From Fimicolochytrium jonesii (taxonomy: Eukaryota), in NCBI RefSeq assembly GCF_025526975.1, contig NW_026515672.1, positions 806,001 through 870,000 on the forward strand: 64,000 nucleotides of DNA. The letters run 5' to 3'. Below the pieces are notes generated by a model that was not told the DNA's origin, ran no database searches, and saw nothing but the letters and a program-made list of their open reading frames with translations. Numbering within the stretch: position 1 is the stretch's first letter; each line of letters opens with the position of its first letter. This document shows positions 26,080 through 37,980 of this stretch, piece by piece. Both the position numbers and the translations under genes were made by a program.

Positions 26080-26140
26080 CAAGCAACTGAAGTCTATAGG
26101 AATGAGAGCATCGCCCTAGATAAATGTATATAAAGAACCT

Positions 26141-28247
26141 TCAAAAATCTTTGAACAAGTCTGGTGAAAAAACAGTAGAGGGTGGGCGGGCAGTCACAGA
26201 GGAACTCTTCCAAGCGCTGATCTCAAATTGCGTCGATGCAGTCATATCTGCGTCAGTCTCGAACGTTCCGCCAACCGTAGCTGATCGTTGATGAGGGGGG
26301 TTTTGTGAACTTGCATGTCTCACGGCCGGTTGCTTTCGTGTTTTCACTTTCTGCCATGAGATCGTCGAGAAGAATCTGTGGTCGCGAATCTCGGCTTCAT
26401 CCTCGCATCCGAGCCGCTGTTGCGGGCTGAACACCAGTAGCGAAACTATCAACGACTCCGCTGCGGGAGAGAAGTACTTTGATCTATCCCTGGGCCACCG
26501 GATCACGCCTTGAAGGATACGCTCGTACGTTCGTGCTGCGGTTTCTTCTTGAAATGGTGAGCACCCCGAAAGCATCTCGAAGAGCAGCACACCAAAAGAC
26601 CACCAGTCTACAGCACCGGTATACTCCCGATTGAGCAAGATCTCCGGTGGGATGTAGGATGGAGTCCCGCAGAATGTTCGAGTAGTCCCGTCTATAACTT
26701 TCGCAAACCCGAAATCCCCGAGCTTGACATGCCCATCGCCATCGATGAGCACGTTCTCCGGCTTCAGGTCCCGGTATACTATGTTTTCGCTGTGAAGATA
26801 CGATAGCGCCATGGCGACTTCGGCACCATAGAACTTGGCGAGTGGCTCATCGAAGTTGCCATATTTTTGGATCTGGTTGAACAGATCTCCCCCGGGCATG
26901 TACTCTATAATCATGTAGATGTGTTTGGAGTCCTGGAATGTGGCCTCCAGCGCCACCAGGAATGGATTTCGTATGCTCTCCATCAAGCTTCTCTCGTTTT
27001 GCACTGAAAATCACATAGATATCCGCATTAGCGAAAGCTCTTCAGCGAAACACAAAAGTGGAGAACGTGGTACACGTACCATGTTGCACTTGCTGCATTT
27101 TTATGACGTTGTCCTTGCGCATAGACTTCAATGCAAAGCGCCTCCCATCCTGATTACGCTGAACTAGATACACTTTTGCAAATGCTCCTTGACCCAACGC
27201 CTTTTGCAACGCGAAATCTCGGAGTTCGTACTTGAAGGGTCCTCGCTGATGCGTCGAGATCGCGCGCTCTATACGACGCCCTGCGGGACGCGGATCCACT
27301 CCGCCCATCTGCAACCGGGTCACTTCATCCAGGGACAGATCACCCTCGGTTTCTCCATCCACCGAGCCACGGCCAACTCCATCGCCTTTGTGCCTTCTAT
27401 CCGATGATGATTTCGCCGACTGCTTTTCAGCATCAGTTCGTTTAGAAGAGGGATCTTTTCCGGCTGCTCTCTTAGAAGGGGTGTCCGACTGCTGCCGGCG
27501 GGTGGTAGGATTTGGGCGCGAAGAATGAAGTCGGTCCTCGTGATGAGCCGTATTGCGCATAGGGAGCTCCGATTCCGAGCCAAAGTCTGACTCTCCATCA
27601 TCAGATGCAGAGCCGGGCTCGATCACTTTCGGAATCTGCAACGGCCGCCCTTGAGCCCGTTTTTTGGCAGACACTGACGAACTGCCGGAAACCGACCGGG
27701 GGCTTGGGGGGCCGTCATGTCCATCTCGGCTCTCCCGACTCTGCCCATCAGCAGGCGACGGCGGGGTACGATCCGCGTCGGAAACGGTTATAACAGGACT
27801 AGACGGGTCGTCGGGGGTAGAATGACCCGAACTAGCATGACTTTTCGTTACGATAAGGGTAGGTTTGAGGATCTGCTTGGCGGTTTTCAACAGCTGCGCG
27901 GCACTCGGAGCCCGTGGCTTTGCCGGGTTCCCGAACACATCCATCTTGAGCTGCGACGAAGTGCCGACTGGAGACTTGTTTTGAGTACTTCCGAGACGCA
28001 CATAGTCATCCGCCACGCTGCTAAGAAAGGAGTCGTCCGAGCTTTGGCGAGGCCGGTTCAGAATTGTCGACCCTCTCGCTCCTTGCGACCCTCCATTCCC
28101 CAAAACCTGTGCTTTCAGGCTGGATACCTGACCCGGAAGTCGCGGCAAACTGTTGCTGTCTCCTGGCAAGGGACTGTGGGATCGTGGAAGTCGCGGCAAA
28201 CTATGGCCATCACCTGGCGGTGGATTATGAGCTCGTGATGTTGCCAT
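26141..28247 (-). CDS. AGC Ser/Thr kinase, PKA catalytic-subunit-like, with a long disordered N-terminus; 2 exons
   Basis: LGQGAFAKV, FALKSM, QVQH|VQNER, YRDLKPEN, DFGFAK, TFCGTPSY, DWWSFGVL and a PKA-type terminal FxxF motif (FKDF*). Confidence 0.92.
28135..28202. repeat. 17-bp direct repeat with 51-bp period in the kinase N-terminus
   Basis: GGAAGTCGCGGCAAACT at 28135-28151 and 28186-28202; encodes SLPRLP twice. Confidence 0.8.
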
Positions 28248-28894
28248 AGTTGAATGAAAAAGTGAGGCAATGCCTCGTAAAAAATGGCCACCAACGGCCG
28301 TGCACGGGTGATAAAGGGATTAAAGTAGTTCGAAGATGCCCAATGGCGCTGAAAGAAAATATAGAGCGCATACCAATACATCTGAACCGTTGCATAGCAA
28401 GGCATTTGTGACGTAGGATTTGTGAGCACCTCGCCTCCTTTAGAAATTTATTTTTCAACAATCTCCTATTATTATAAGATTTCCTTTAATAACTGTAAGA
28501 TCTCTTTTATAGTTTCTCCACCGATTACCTGTCAGGTCGCGCTGTCGATTTTATTACGTAGCAGCCCGTCCGCTCGGTTTAAATTATCATTACCGGTACC
28601 TTAACAACACAAAAATAGCGACAGGCTTGACGCGGATGGCTCAGACGTTCAAGCACAGCACATGTAGGTGGGGCTGGATCTGGGGCCGGCTGCTCCGGTG
28701 CCCCAAAACGACTACCTTGTGTCCCATTCTTTTCCGATGAAGGACAGCATACGTGCTGCTGGTTTACGACCCCTGGCGCAGCGACAGCGTCATACACTAC
28801 ATAAGGCCCGCAAGATCGTCCAGCTCCCTTGCACCCAATATCTACCAACCCGCTCCAACGGCAAACCGAATAAGAACATCCAGTGATTCGAAAA

Positions 28895-29674
28895 ATGTAC
28901 AGCACGTACTCAAGTCCGTACTCCTCGCTCGGGCGCAGCGATGTGTCGAGCCCATCGCAGAGACGGCGATCGTCGCCTAGATTCGACCGGCCTCTTTCAC
29001 TATTCACGCCTTCTAGCGGCTCGCCCGCTCCCTCAAGGCGCAGGTCTGTCGTGAAGCTCTGCTTAGAGAGCAACGAAACCCATCATTATACAGACGACGA
29101 AGTGATTCAAAAAATGGTCATCAAGGACCTGCCATGCGGGGCAGAAACCGCACCTGACGTCCAGAAATACTTCGTGCTGTCCTTCGGGAGCTTCCCAGAG
29201 GTTGGAGATCTGCGAGTTATTGGCGACGATCTGGTGGGATGCTTCCATATCGACGCCTTCAACATCTGTACGCCTTCGAAACTACGAATAAGCGTCTCGA
29301 TAAATGGCTGGAGGACGCAGCATGTTTTCATCGCGACAAGGAACGACATAGCCAAGACTTCGTACGAATTTCGGATACCGTGCGGGCACGACAGTGCCTT
29401 CCCGGCGGAAGTGCGAGACGCTTGGTCCGCACAAACCAGCAGTCCAGAGGGCGCAGATCCCATCAAAGATTTTATCATGGATTTTCAATCGGAACATGAT
29501 GGCGAGAAAGTAAAATGGGCCATCGTTATGAGCGTTGCAAAAATTAATGCTACAAGCGGAGCATCCGAGCGCGAGCTCTTGACGCTGTCCGAAAATGCCC
29601 GCCGTAGTAGCTACACTGGATGTTCCTCTCCGGCTAGGCGCGGCTCACCCTCCATCGGCATTCGGAGCCAGTAA
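28895..29674 (+). CDS. Hypothetical protein (about 259 aa), apparently intronless
   Basis: Long ORF with a Ser/Arg-rich N-terminus and a beta-rich-looking core, divergent from the kinase across an AT-rich spacer. No family recognised. Confidence 0.55.
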   Translation: MYSTYSSPYSSLGRSDVSSPSQRRRSSPRFDRPLSLFTPSSGSPAPSRRRSVVKLCLESNETHHYTDDEVIQKMVIKDLPCGAETAPDVQKYFVLSFGSFPEVGDLRVIGDDLVGCFHIDAFNICTPSKLRISVSINGWRTQHVFIATRNDIAKTSYEFRIPCGHDSAFPAEVRDAWSAQTSSPEGADPIKDFIMDFQSEHDGEKVKWAIVMSVAKINATSGASERELLTLSENARRSSYTGCSSPARRGSPSIGIRSQ

Positions 29675-30043
29675 CCCATAGGCTGGTTGGGAGTCACTTC
29701 GCCATCGCATGTAGGCAGTAGAGTTAGCCCTAGTTTAGGATCATTATAATCTACGAATATAAACATCCCTGTCGAATGGGCGAAGTCTGTACAGTTGTTG
29801 CTCACCGGTTCGTGTCACCGCCGTCAGAAACGCCCTCGCGCGATTTGATGAGGCTGCAGGTGCATGTCCAATGTGCATGCAATACCGTCCAAATATCCGC
29901 TCATGCCAAGTGACCCATCTGGCCATCACACAGCGCTTGCGTCCAGACGTTTTTATATAAGGTGCATAGCAGCGACAGAGATCCTCCCAGTACAGCTCAC
30001 ACTTCATTCTCAAGCGGCCTGCTGAGGGCTTCATACCGCCCTA

Positions 30044-33000
30044 ATGCAAGAGGTCACCATAAGACAAAGAAGTGCTTTCAAGCACTTTGTCAGCGTTGAC
30101 AGTCCTGGAAAAGAACTGTGCTGGAACTTCTTCACAAGCAAGAAGAATGTTTCCTTCGGTCTTTTCAAAAAAGTTAGCCCGTCGTCGACCGAAACAGGAA
30201 CATACGTGTTGCAAAGTGGAGCTCGTGGGGACGTTGGAAAAAGCATCACGGTTCTTGGCGGTGACAACGAGAGGACGTCAACGCCAGCGTCGCCGAAACC
30301 AACTCGAGCCCGCGGGCTGAGCAATGCGATTCCGCCTTCGTCGTCTCCAGCTGGCGAAACTCCGGACACCACCCTGCTTTCTCCAACCTCATTCAAGGAC
30401 GTATTCCAAGGCAAGTCCTTGGCGGATTTCAACGATCTTGCTGGCACGGTCCGACGTCGAAGAAAGGAAAGTGTCATCGAAGGGGACCTGGTCGAATTAG
30501 TTCCTGTCACACACTACGAATCATCTAAGTTCACCGTCAAAGGAAGCTATTATGTTGAGGAACCGGGCACATAGTAGGTTTCTTTTCTGTGACGACATCT
30601 ACCCTCCGAAGCGCTAGCTGATGTCTTTCTCACCTACAGTGTTCTTCTGTGGGACAATAGTTTCTCTGTGTAAGCACGGAGGAGGAGATTCTGTTGGCAC
30701 CTGGAGCTTCAACCGGCTGACCGTGACCAACATATGCAGAAACACGTCAAAGAAGCTCTTCTTCTTTGTTGCTTTGAAAAATGTAGAGCCGTCTCAGGCG
30801 CCAGTGAAGAAGGAGATAGAGAACTGGCTGCTCAAGAAAGGGAACAAGAAAATGCAAGGATACCAGAGGCGCTGGGCAACTATCGATTCCAGTGGTGTTC
30901 TCTCGTACTTCAAGCATGCCGGAAGGTGTGTTCGTCAAGGGCAGGCATGCTTGTTCATCATTTAGCATGGACATCATCGCTAAATAATATGGGCCTGTTA
31001 GTTTTTGTCGTGGTTCAATCGATCTTGCGAAAGCTCGTGTACACCTTGACGAGGGTATGTTGCGCGGATGACCAGAAGGTTGACGGGCGGTATCGTTAAC
31101 ACTTTCCTGTTTCCAGAACGCGCTCTCATCGATATAGGTTCGTGACATGGTTTTGTATCGACGGGCGCCCGGCACTTGGTTGAAACTTTCCCAATTAGAT
31201 TCAGGAGATGGCTTCTACAATTTCAAAGCACCGTCACCCGGAGAGTATCAGGCTTGGGTGGCGGTCATTGCGCGTTTTACATCGGCGGATGCTTTGGGAA
31301 GTCGCGTATCCCGAGGATCGCGTCAGTTGATTCCCGAGGCGGACACAAGTTTCGGGTCTGTTCGCGGACCCACGGATCCGGATTTGGCAGAAGTTCAAAA
31401 GCAAGCGGAGAGCATGTCTATATCTTTGACGAATGAACTAGGCCGTCTCAAGGACGTCATTGAGACTTCAAGGAGCCGAGTAGACCAAAAACATCAAGCC
31501 AGAGGTAGATCTCTCGCATGCTCTCTCCCTTCATGGATTTCAAAGACCTGAACACCGCATCTCGTTTTGACAGATATGAACTTGATTCTCAATTCCATAA
31601 CGGACGTCATTGCCAATGCGCTCTCACATGCGAATGGAATGCAGCGCCAACTTGCGGCCTATGGGGAGACTGTGCGAGCCCAACGCGAAGTCGCTCACGA
31701 TTCGAGCCAGTTGACGGATGCAGCTCTCCACGCCTGTTTGGCCGACAATAATCGTGTTCGCCGCCGTTTTGGTCTCGAGCCGGTAACGCTCGCATCCTTC
31801 TTGTCGCACGCTCACACCGGGTCGGTCAGCCGATTGAACATCAACAAAGCCGCGTCCATGTCATCATCGATGCGTGAGGACGAATTCTTCGATGCCGAGG
31901 AAGGGGAAAATGAAAACGAATCGGATGACGACGATAGCGATACTGATTCCATGCACGAAGCAGAAGCTACCATGACCAGCGACGAGGAGGATATTGAAGA
32001 GGAAAGCACTTCGCGGAAAGCATCCTCCGCCTTCGGAGCGGACACTAACTCGATCGCTCAGTCCACGAAATCTGCAACTATCCCCGCAGTGAGCGCGCAA
32101 AATGGCAGCAAACCCGTTTCAGCGAAACCGATTGTCCGCCGAACAAGACTTCGCGCTCCGACGGTATCGATGCAGAATATCAGCATCATGTCCCTCATCA
32201 GAAACAACGTGAGTGAGGGTTTCTACTTACCGTTCCCAACAAGCCCCTAATCTTATAATACCGCACGGATCACAGGCCGGAAAGGATTTGTCCACCGTCG
32301 CCATGCCGATCGCATTGAATGAACCGATCAACCTTCTGCAAAAGCTCTGCGAAGAGCTTGAGTATTCTGAGCTCCTGGAACAAGCCGCCGCAACTTTAGA
32401 TCCTGTGATTAGGCTGTCCATCATGGCTGGTAAGTTGTAGGACGACAATCATCTCCCTATGCGGCTCTGATATTGACGCTTCCTTAGCCTTTGCTGTCTC
32501 AGGTGCGGTTGGGACATCGGTCTATGCACCTTTGGCGACTTATAACACCTTTGTTCTTAGCATATGCATCGACTGTCCATCGCGCGGGCAGAAAACCGGT
32601 GAGTACTCGTCACCACTAGTGGCTTGACAAAAAGGCTCGGACTCATCGCGTTTTAGTTCAACCCCTTACTCGGAGAAACGTATGAATGTCTCAGAGATGA
32701 CAGAGGTATGGACAGATGGCCCGAAACTCATCGTCTGTATGCCCGTCACTAATGTTGCAAACAGGTTTCAAGTTTGTCTCCGAAAAAGTAATACCAATGT
32801 CGCTGAGTTCGTGACCCCTCTTTGGCCGCAAGAAGTCTCACACAGTTCCTTGCACATAGGTCAGTCACCACCCGCCAATAATGGCATGTCACGCGGAGTC
32901 GCCAAATTACCAGTTCTTCCAAGATAGTCAGGTGAAGAGCAAGTTCTGGGGGTATGTGCATATCATAGACTCGCTTCGAATACCGCTTATACTCACCTTC

Positions 33001-34175
33001 ACGCAAATCTTCTTCTAGTAAGTCAATGGAACTGATACCTCTCGGCACAGGTATGTTGAGATTTGAAAACAGGTATGTTTTCCCGATGCGGATCTAATCT
33101 CGCGTTTGTTATCAAACAGTGCATGTCGCCTTCCCTGCTCTGAACGAGCACTATACGTGGAACAAGGGTGAGGCTGCCTGTTTCCACGAACCAGGGCGCG
33201 TTGCATGTTGATAAAATGAGATCCAGTGACAACGTGCATGCGGAACATATTCTCGGCGAATCGATACTTGGAACATTACGGAACATTGAAAATCACCTCC
33301 CAGTCTACCGGTACGAGACGCTTTGGCATCGCAGGAACCTTCTAGCTTTCACTGCTAACGCGATTTTATCCCGAAGGGCACTATTGTGAGCTGACTTTCA
33401 AGGAGTCGGGATACTTCTCATCAACCAAGAATGAAATCACTGGAGGCATCTTCTCATCGAATGGACAGAAAGCCATGTCACTGAGGTTCGTTCTGTTAGT
33501 CTGTTTCAATGATCGACACCGTTACGTATAACCGGTCGGATGCTTTGCAGCGGAAATTGGGATAAATCGCTCCAGCGATTCCAGGACTCTTCGCCGAACG
33601 CTTTGGAAGTGATATGGCGGGCGAAGCCGAATCCTCCACACCACGCAGAAATCTATGGATTCACCCAGTTTGCCGTCGAGCTGAATGGTATACCGCTCAG
33701 ACCTGCGTGGATCCGTACTGTGTGGAATACTCAATCGGTTGCTTTCACTATGCAGAATTGACACCTGATCTCGATGGATGTTTGCCGAACACGGACACCA
33801 GATTTCGCCCGGATCAGAGGTGAGGATTGGAGATTGATCTTCGATGTTTGACGGCCTGTGTTACTGACGGCGAAGCGTTGTCTCTGGCTCCATCAGGATG
33901 TACGAGGAGGTTAGTGGATCGTTTTGAAGCGGGTAATTAATCTGGATCATTGTTGACGCTTTTGACAGGGTCGGGCGGATGAAGCTGAAGCCGAAAAGCA
34001 GCGGCTCGAGCAGAAGCAGCGCGATTACCGCAAAACACTGGAGACCCGGGGCGAAAGCTGGAGTCCCCGGTGGTTCCGTCCCGATACGACCGCTGGCCCA
34101 GACGCATGGGCTTACAAAGGCGGTTACTGGGAGCAACGAGGAAACTTTGAAAATACTATTGATCTCTTTTCCTAA
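30044..34175 (+). CDS. OSH3: Oxysterol-binding protein, Osh3-type (GOLD-like + PH + FFAT + ORD); highly intron-rich
   Basis: GOLD-like [19 protein letters not shown] domain [17 protein letters not shown] and FFAT motif EDEFFDAEE. The ORD shows [55 protein letters not shown] and [13 protein letters not shown]. Stop TAA at 34173-34175. Confidence 0.92.
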
Positions 34176-34674
34176 CATACAAGGTCGACTGCACGTCGGA
34201 AACTTCGGCTCGGAAACCGTCGGTTCTGAGCCGGTGTCCTATACGCTCAATACGAGTGTTCAAGGGACTCGCGCCCCACTCATTCGACAAATCGTCCGGT
34301 CACTTCCTGATAATAGTGCAAGCTGCTTCCTACCGAAATTTAGCGTAGTTTGGGCAGCATCCTACATCTCGCACGCTTCATAGACATCATGTACAGTAAT
34401 TAGCGCTGATGCTTTAAGTGATCATTCGTTACACGTTATAAAAGTTTGCCGGAAATGCATTGGGAACCAATCGTAATCAGGCAGCTAAATTTCATGCTTT
34501 GGGTCTACTACGGAAGCTCCAGCATGAAAGCATGCTATGCTACTATCAACTACGTGTAATGCAAGGCCATTGGTGAAAAGCCCAAATTCCTCGAACCTTT
34601 GCGCATCTTCTCTATCTGACTATGGGAAGGGATGAAGTCGAACGCGCCACAAACTCAAACGGCTTGTCAAATCC

Positions 34675-37187
34675 TCAACTCTGTGCAGTATCCGTGAAAT
34701 CGACTTCGTAGATGGGATTCTCCGTCATAGGCGCCGGGCTGATATAGAGGGGATTCTCTTGTGCCATTCGGAGTTCAGTGGCAGAGGCCTGAAGGTTCTG
34801 CACATCTTTCTTGCCCTTTCCGTATCGTGCAACCGCGAAGATTCCGGCGGAAACGACGACGGTGGTAAACGCTCCGACCGTTCCTCCGATGACTGCAGAG
34901 GTCGGGACACCACCGCCGCCACCGGTGTTGTCGGTGGTCGCGGTGCCGCCAGACGTTCCAGGGTCAGGAACGATCGCAGTCTGGCCGTTGCATAGGTCGC
35001 CGATCAACCAATCGACCACACCGCCGATAGTCACACCGTCCAGAACGTACAAAGATCCGACTTCAGTGGTGTTGCGCAAGCAAGCGATCGGTCCGCAAGG
35101 CGCTCGGTTCAATTCTAAAATTGATTGGTCCAGAGCGAAGGAATCGGTGGCAGTGGCCAAACCACCTCCGCAGATCCCTGCCGAGTTGTTTCGCAAGACC
35201 GATTGGTCATGCAGGTAAACGTGAGACCATGCACCGTCCGTGGTGATGGCGCCTCCAAACGTTGCAGCGCTGGAAAGATGTATGACGGCTTGGTTTCGTA
35301 AGGTTGTGTTGCCGGATTCGAAGTTATAAACACCACCACCACCTTGCCCGGCAACACAATTGGTTAGAGTGCAGCTGTCGGAAAGTAGGACGGATGATCC
35401 GGACTAGTCGGGTGGGCCAGACTATTAGTAAGCTCCGGGAGAAAGTTGCCAAATTGATATTGTCCTCACATTGACGATGCATCCACCATTGGCGGTAGCG
35501 GTTCCAGACAGCGTCGAACTCCCATAACATCCAAGAGTTGACTTTTCAGCAATGTACGCCACGCCACCTTTTGGTGCGCTAGCAAGGGTCACGGTCGTAT
35601 CCACCAGGTTGATCGTTGCACCAGTAGCCATAACAGCACCCCCGGCGACCGCCGAAGATGCACCGTTAATGGAGGAGCTCGTGATGTTGACGACAGCGCC
35701 AAGAGAGGCGGTGACGGCACCGGCCCCGGCCGTACCCGTGACGTTGGTAATTCGGCTGTTGCTGATGACAGTGGAGCCCGTTTGCACCTATTCGAAGAGA
35801 ACCTGGCCGTCAGGTCCTTTGCCGAATGCAACTTATTTTCGACAAATTGCCGAACCCTACCGATGCGATGCCACCGCTGACTGCCGTAAGCCCGCTGAAC
35901 GTGCATCCGTCCAGAACATGAACGCCCTCGCCATACTGGCGTGAGAGGATAGCAAAATGAGCGACATCTTCAGAGATCGCGCGAAACACACTCACACCAC
36001 TTGCCAAGACTGCACCAGTTCCAAGGGTATTGATATTGCGTACTGTAAGGTTTGTCGCACTGATCCGACTGACCGCATTTGAAGTTTCTAGCAACGAACT
36101 GGAGATGCTCGAGTCCCGGAACACAACTGACAACAAATGAACAGGCGTTAAACCAGGTTCTCCGTAGCCCGTTTTCACGGCGTTTTTCGTACCATTTTTG
36201 ATGGTCGCCGTGCTAGCTGCTGTGTTCTCGGAAGTAACATACACGCAAGCCCCGTGGGTTGCATCGACTCCCGCGCATGATCCTCCAGTCCATGTGAGTG
36301 CCGATTTCGCAGCCTGGTGATAAAGAAGAAGACGACATCAGACAATATCCACCATTACAAGCAGAATCGCCACTTCCAAATCATACAATTTGTAAGGCTC
36401 CACCATTAGTGGCAAGCGAGCTGCCACTGCCGTAGAAGTTGCAGTCCGTTGCGGTGAAGACTGAATTCGAATCTAACAGCACAGCTCCACCATCTAGAGC
36501 AACATTTGACGTAAATGTTGTTCCAGTTGCGCTTGCTGTGGAAACACCGCTGCCACCCAAGTACACAGCGCCTCCTCCTCCAGACGTTGCCCTGTTATTT
36601 GTGAAGGTTGTCGTGCTCAGAGTAAGGGAAGAGGACTTTATGACCGCGAGGGCTCCACCATATGTAGTACTGCCACTATCCGGGACCACGACGTTGTTCT
36701 TGAAGGTGCATCCCGAACACGAAAATGACGCCCCATTGATCAAGTAGGCAGCACCCCCGCTAGATGCCGTGTTGCTGTCAAAGATGACATTGATGCCGTT
36801 GAAAGTTGAACCCTTCACGTACAAAGCCCCTCCGAGAGAAGCGGGAGTTCCCGTGATATTCTTGAAGGTTGTTCTTGTCGCAACCAAGTAGGAGCCCGAC
36901 AGAATGCGCAACAGACCTTCATCGTCTGCGTCTGTAGACGCGATTCCGGTTCCGTCAATGGTCACATCCGTAAGCGTCAGCGTTGTCCCCGACGTTTTCA
37001 GACGAAGAGGGCCGCAGTTCTTGAAATTGCAGTTGGAATACGTGACACTTGACGAGAGAGTGACTTGACTGGTGTCGGTGCAGGTGTAGACCTGTCCCGT
37101 AGTGCAGGAATAGCTCGCTGTCGGCCATTTCAACGCCTGCACACCAAGGGTATATGATAAAACGCTGAGGAGGACTGCCGTACGCAT
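34675..37187 (-). CDS. Type I membrane protein: signal peptide, Pmp-like (FxxN..GGA) beta-helix repeats, one TM helix, tail with two NPxY motifs; multi-exon
   Basis: Signal peptide MRTAVLLSVLSYTLGVQA; repeats FDSNTASSGGAAY, FKNN..YGGALAV, FTNNRATSGGGGAVY and FTSNVALDGGAVL; TM AVIGGTVGAFTTVVVSAGIFAVA; tail QENPLYISPAPMTENPIYE. Confidence 0.8.
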
Positions 37188-37980
37188 TGTCCCAACTTGT
37201 TCGTGGGTATTCTGATCTACGAAAATTGGCAAGCTTTGTCGCTTGGGGTATATGCCCGTAGGGCCTCTGCAAATTGGCCGTGATCACAGAATGGTTTGAA
37301 GTGCTCAATCCCAAGAAACTCCTGTCCTCAGCAGCAGATATAATATGGACCAAACGCTGATCTGCAGTCGCCAACAGGAGGCGAAGATAATCATGTTGTA
37401 CCTAATTTAGTGTGTTTTATGTTGCCCATCTATCTACAGGTTCTTAGCCCTTTTCTTTCTACCTTTCAGGGCGGGTTGCCAAATCCAGCCTGTCGACATG
37501 GTTTGGGTGTTGATTCCATTTATAAATACGTACCGTGAACCCATTACTCTTCACAACGCCGCTGGGATTGACAGAAAATCGACAGCGCGAAAGTCGATCG
37601 CCTGGAGTTCACTGCGGGCTGTGCTCTCAGTAAGAGAGACGGCATGGGGCTTTGTGGTTGATAAATATACTGATTCGAAGTCCACATATGACTTCTGAGA
37701 CAGCTTGCGGTCTGAGCTATTGATTGATGTGCCGGGTCTGATCCACAAATTCAAGGAAAGAGCGGATACATTTCCATCGCAACAACGTGGACTTTCACCA
37801 CCGAGGAGCACCCCATCGAAGGGAATTCATTTTAACTCAACCCATTCAGGGCATTGGAACTGATTGTGCCTTGCATTCAGGTAAAAGGAAAGGAGTTTTC
37901 CAGCGACAGATAAACGATTCAAAGTCTACCCGGACCAGATATTGTATTATCAATTTTTACGTCATGTGATTTCCGCCCGA

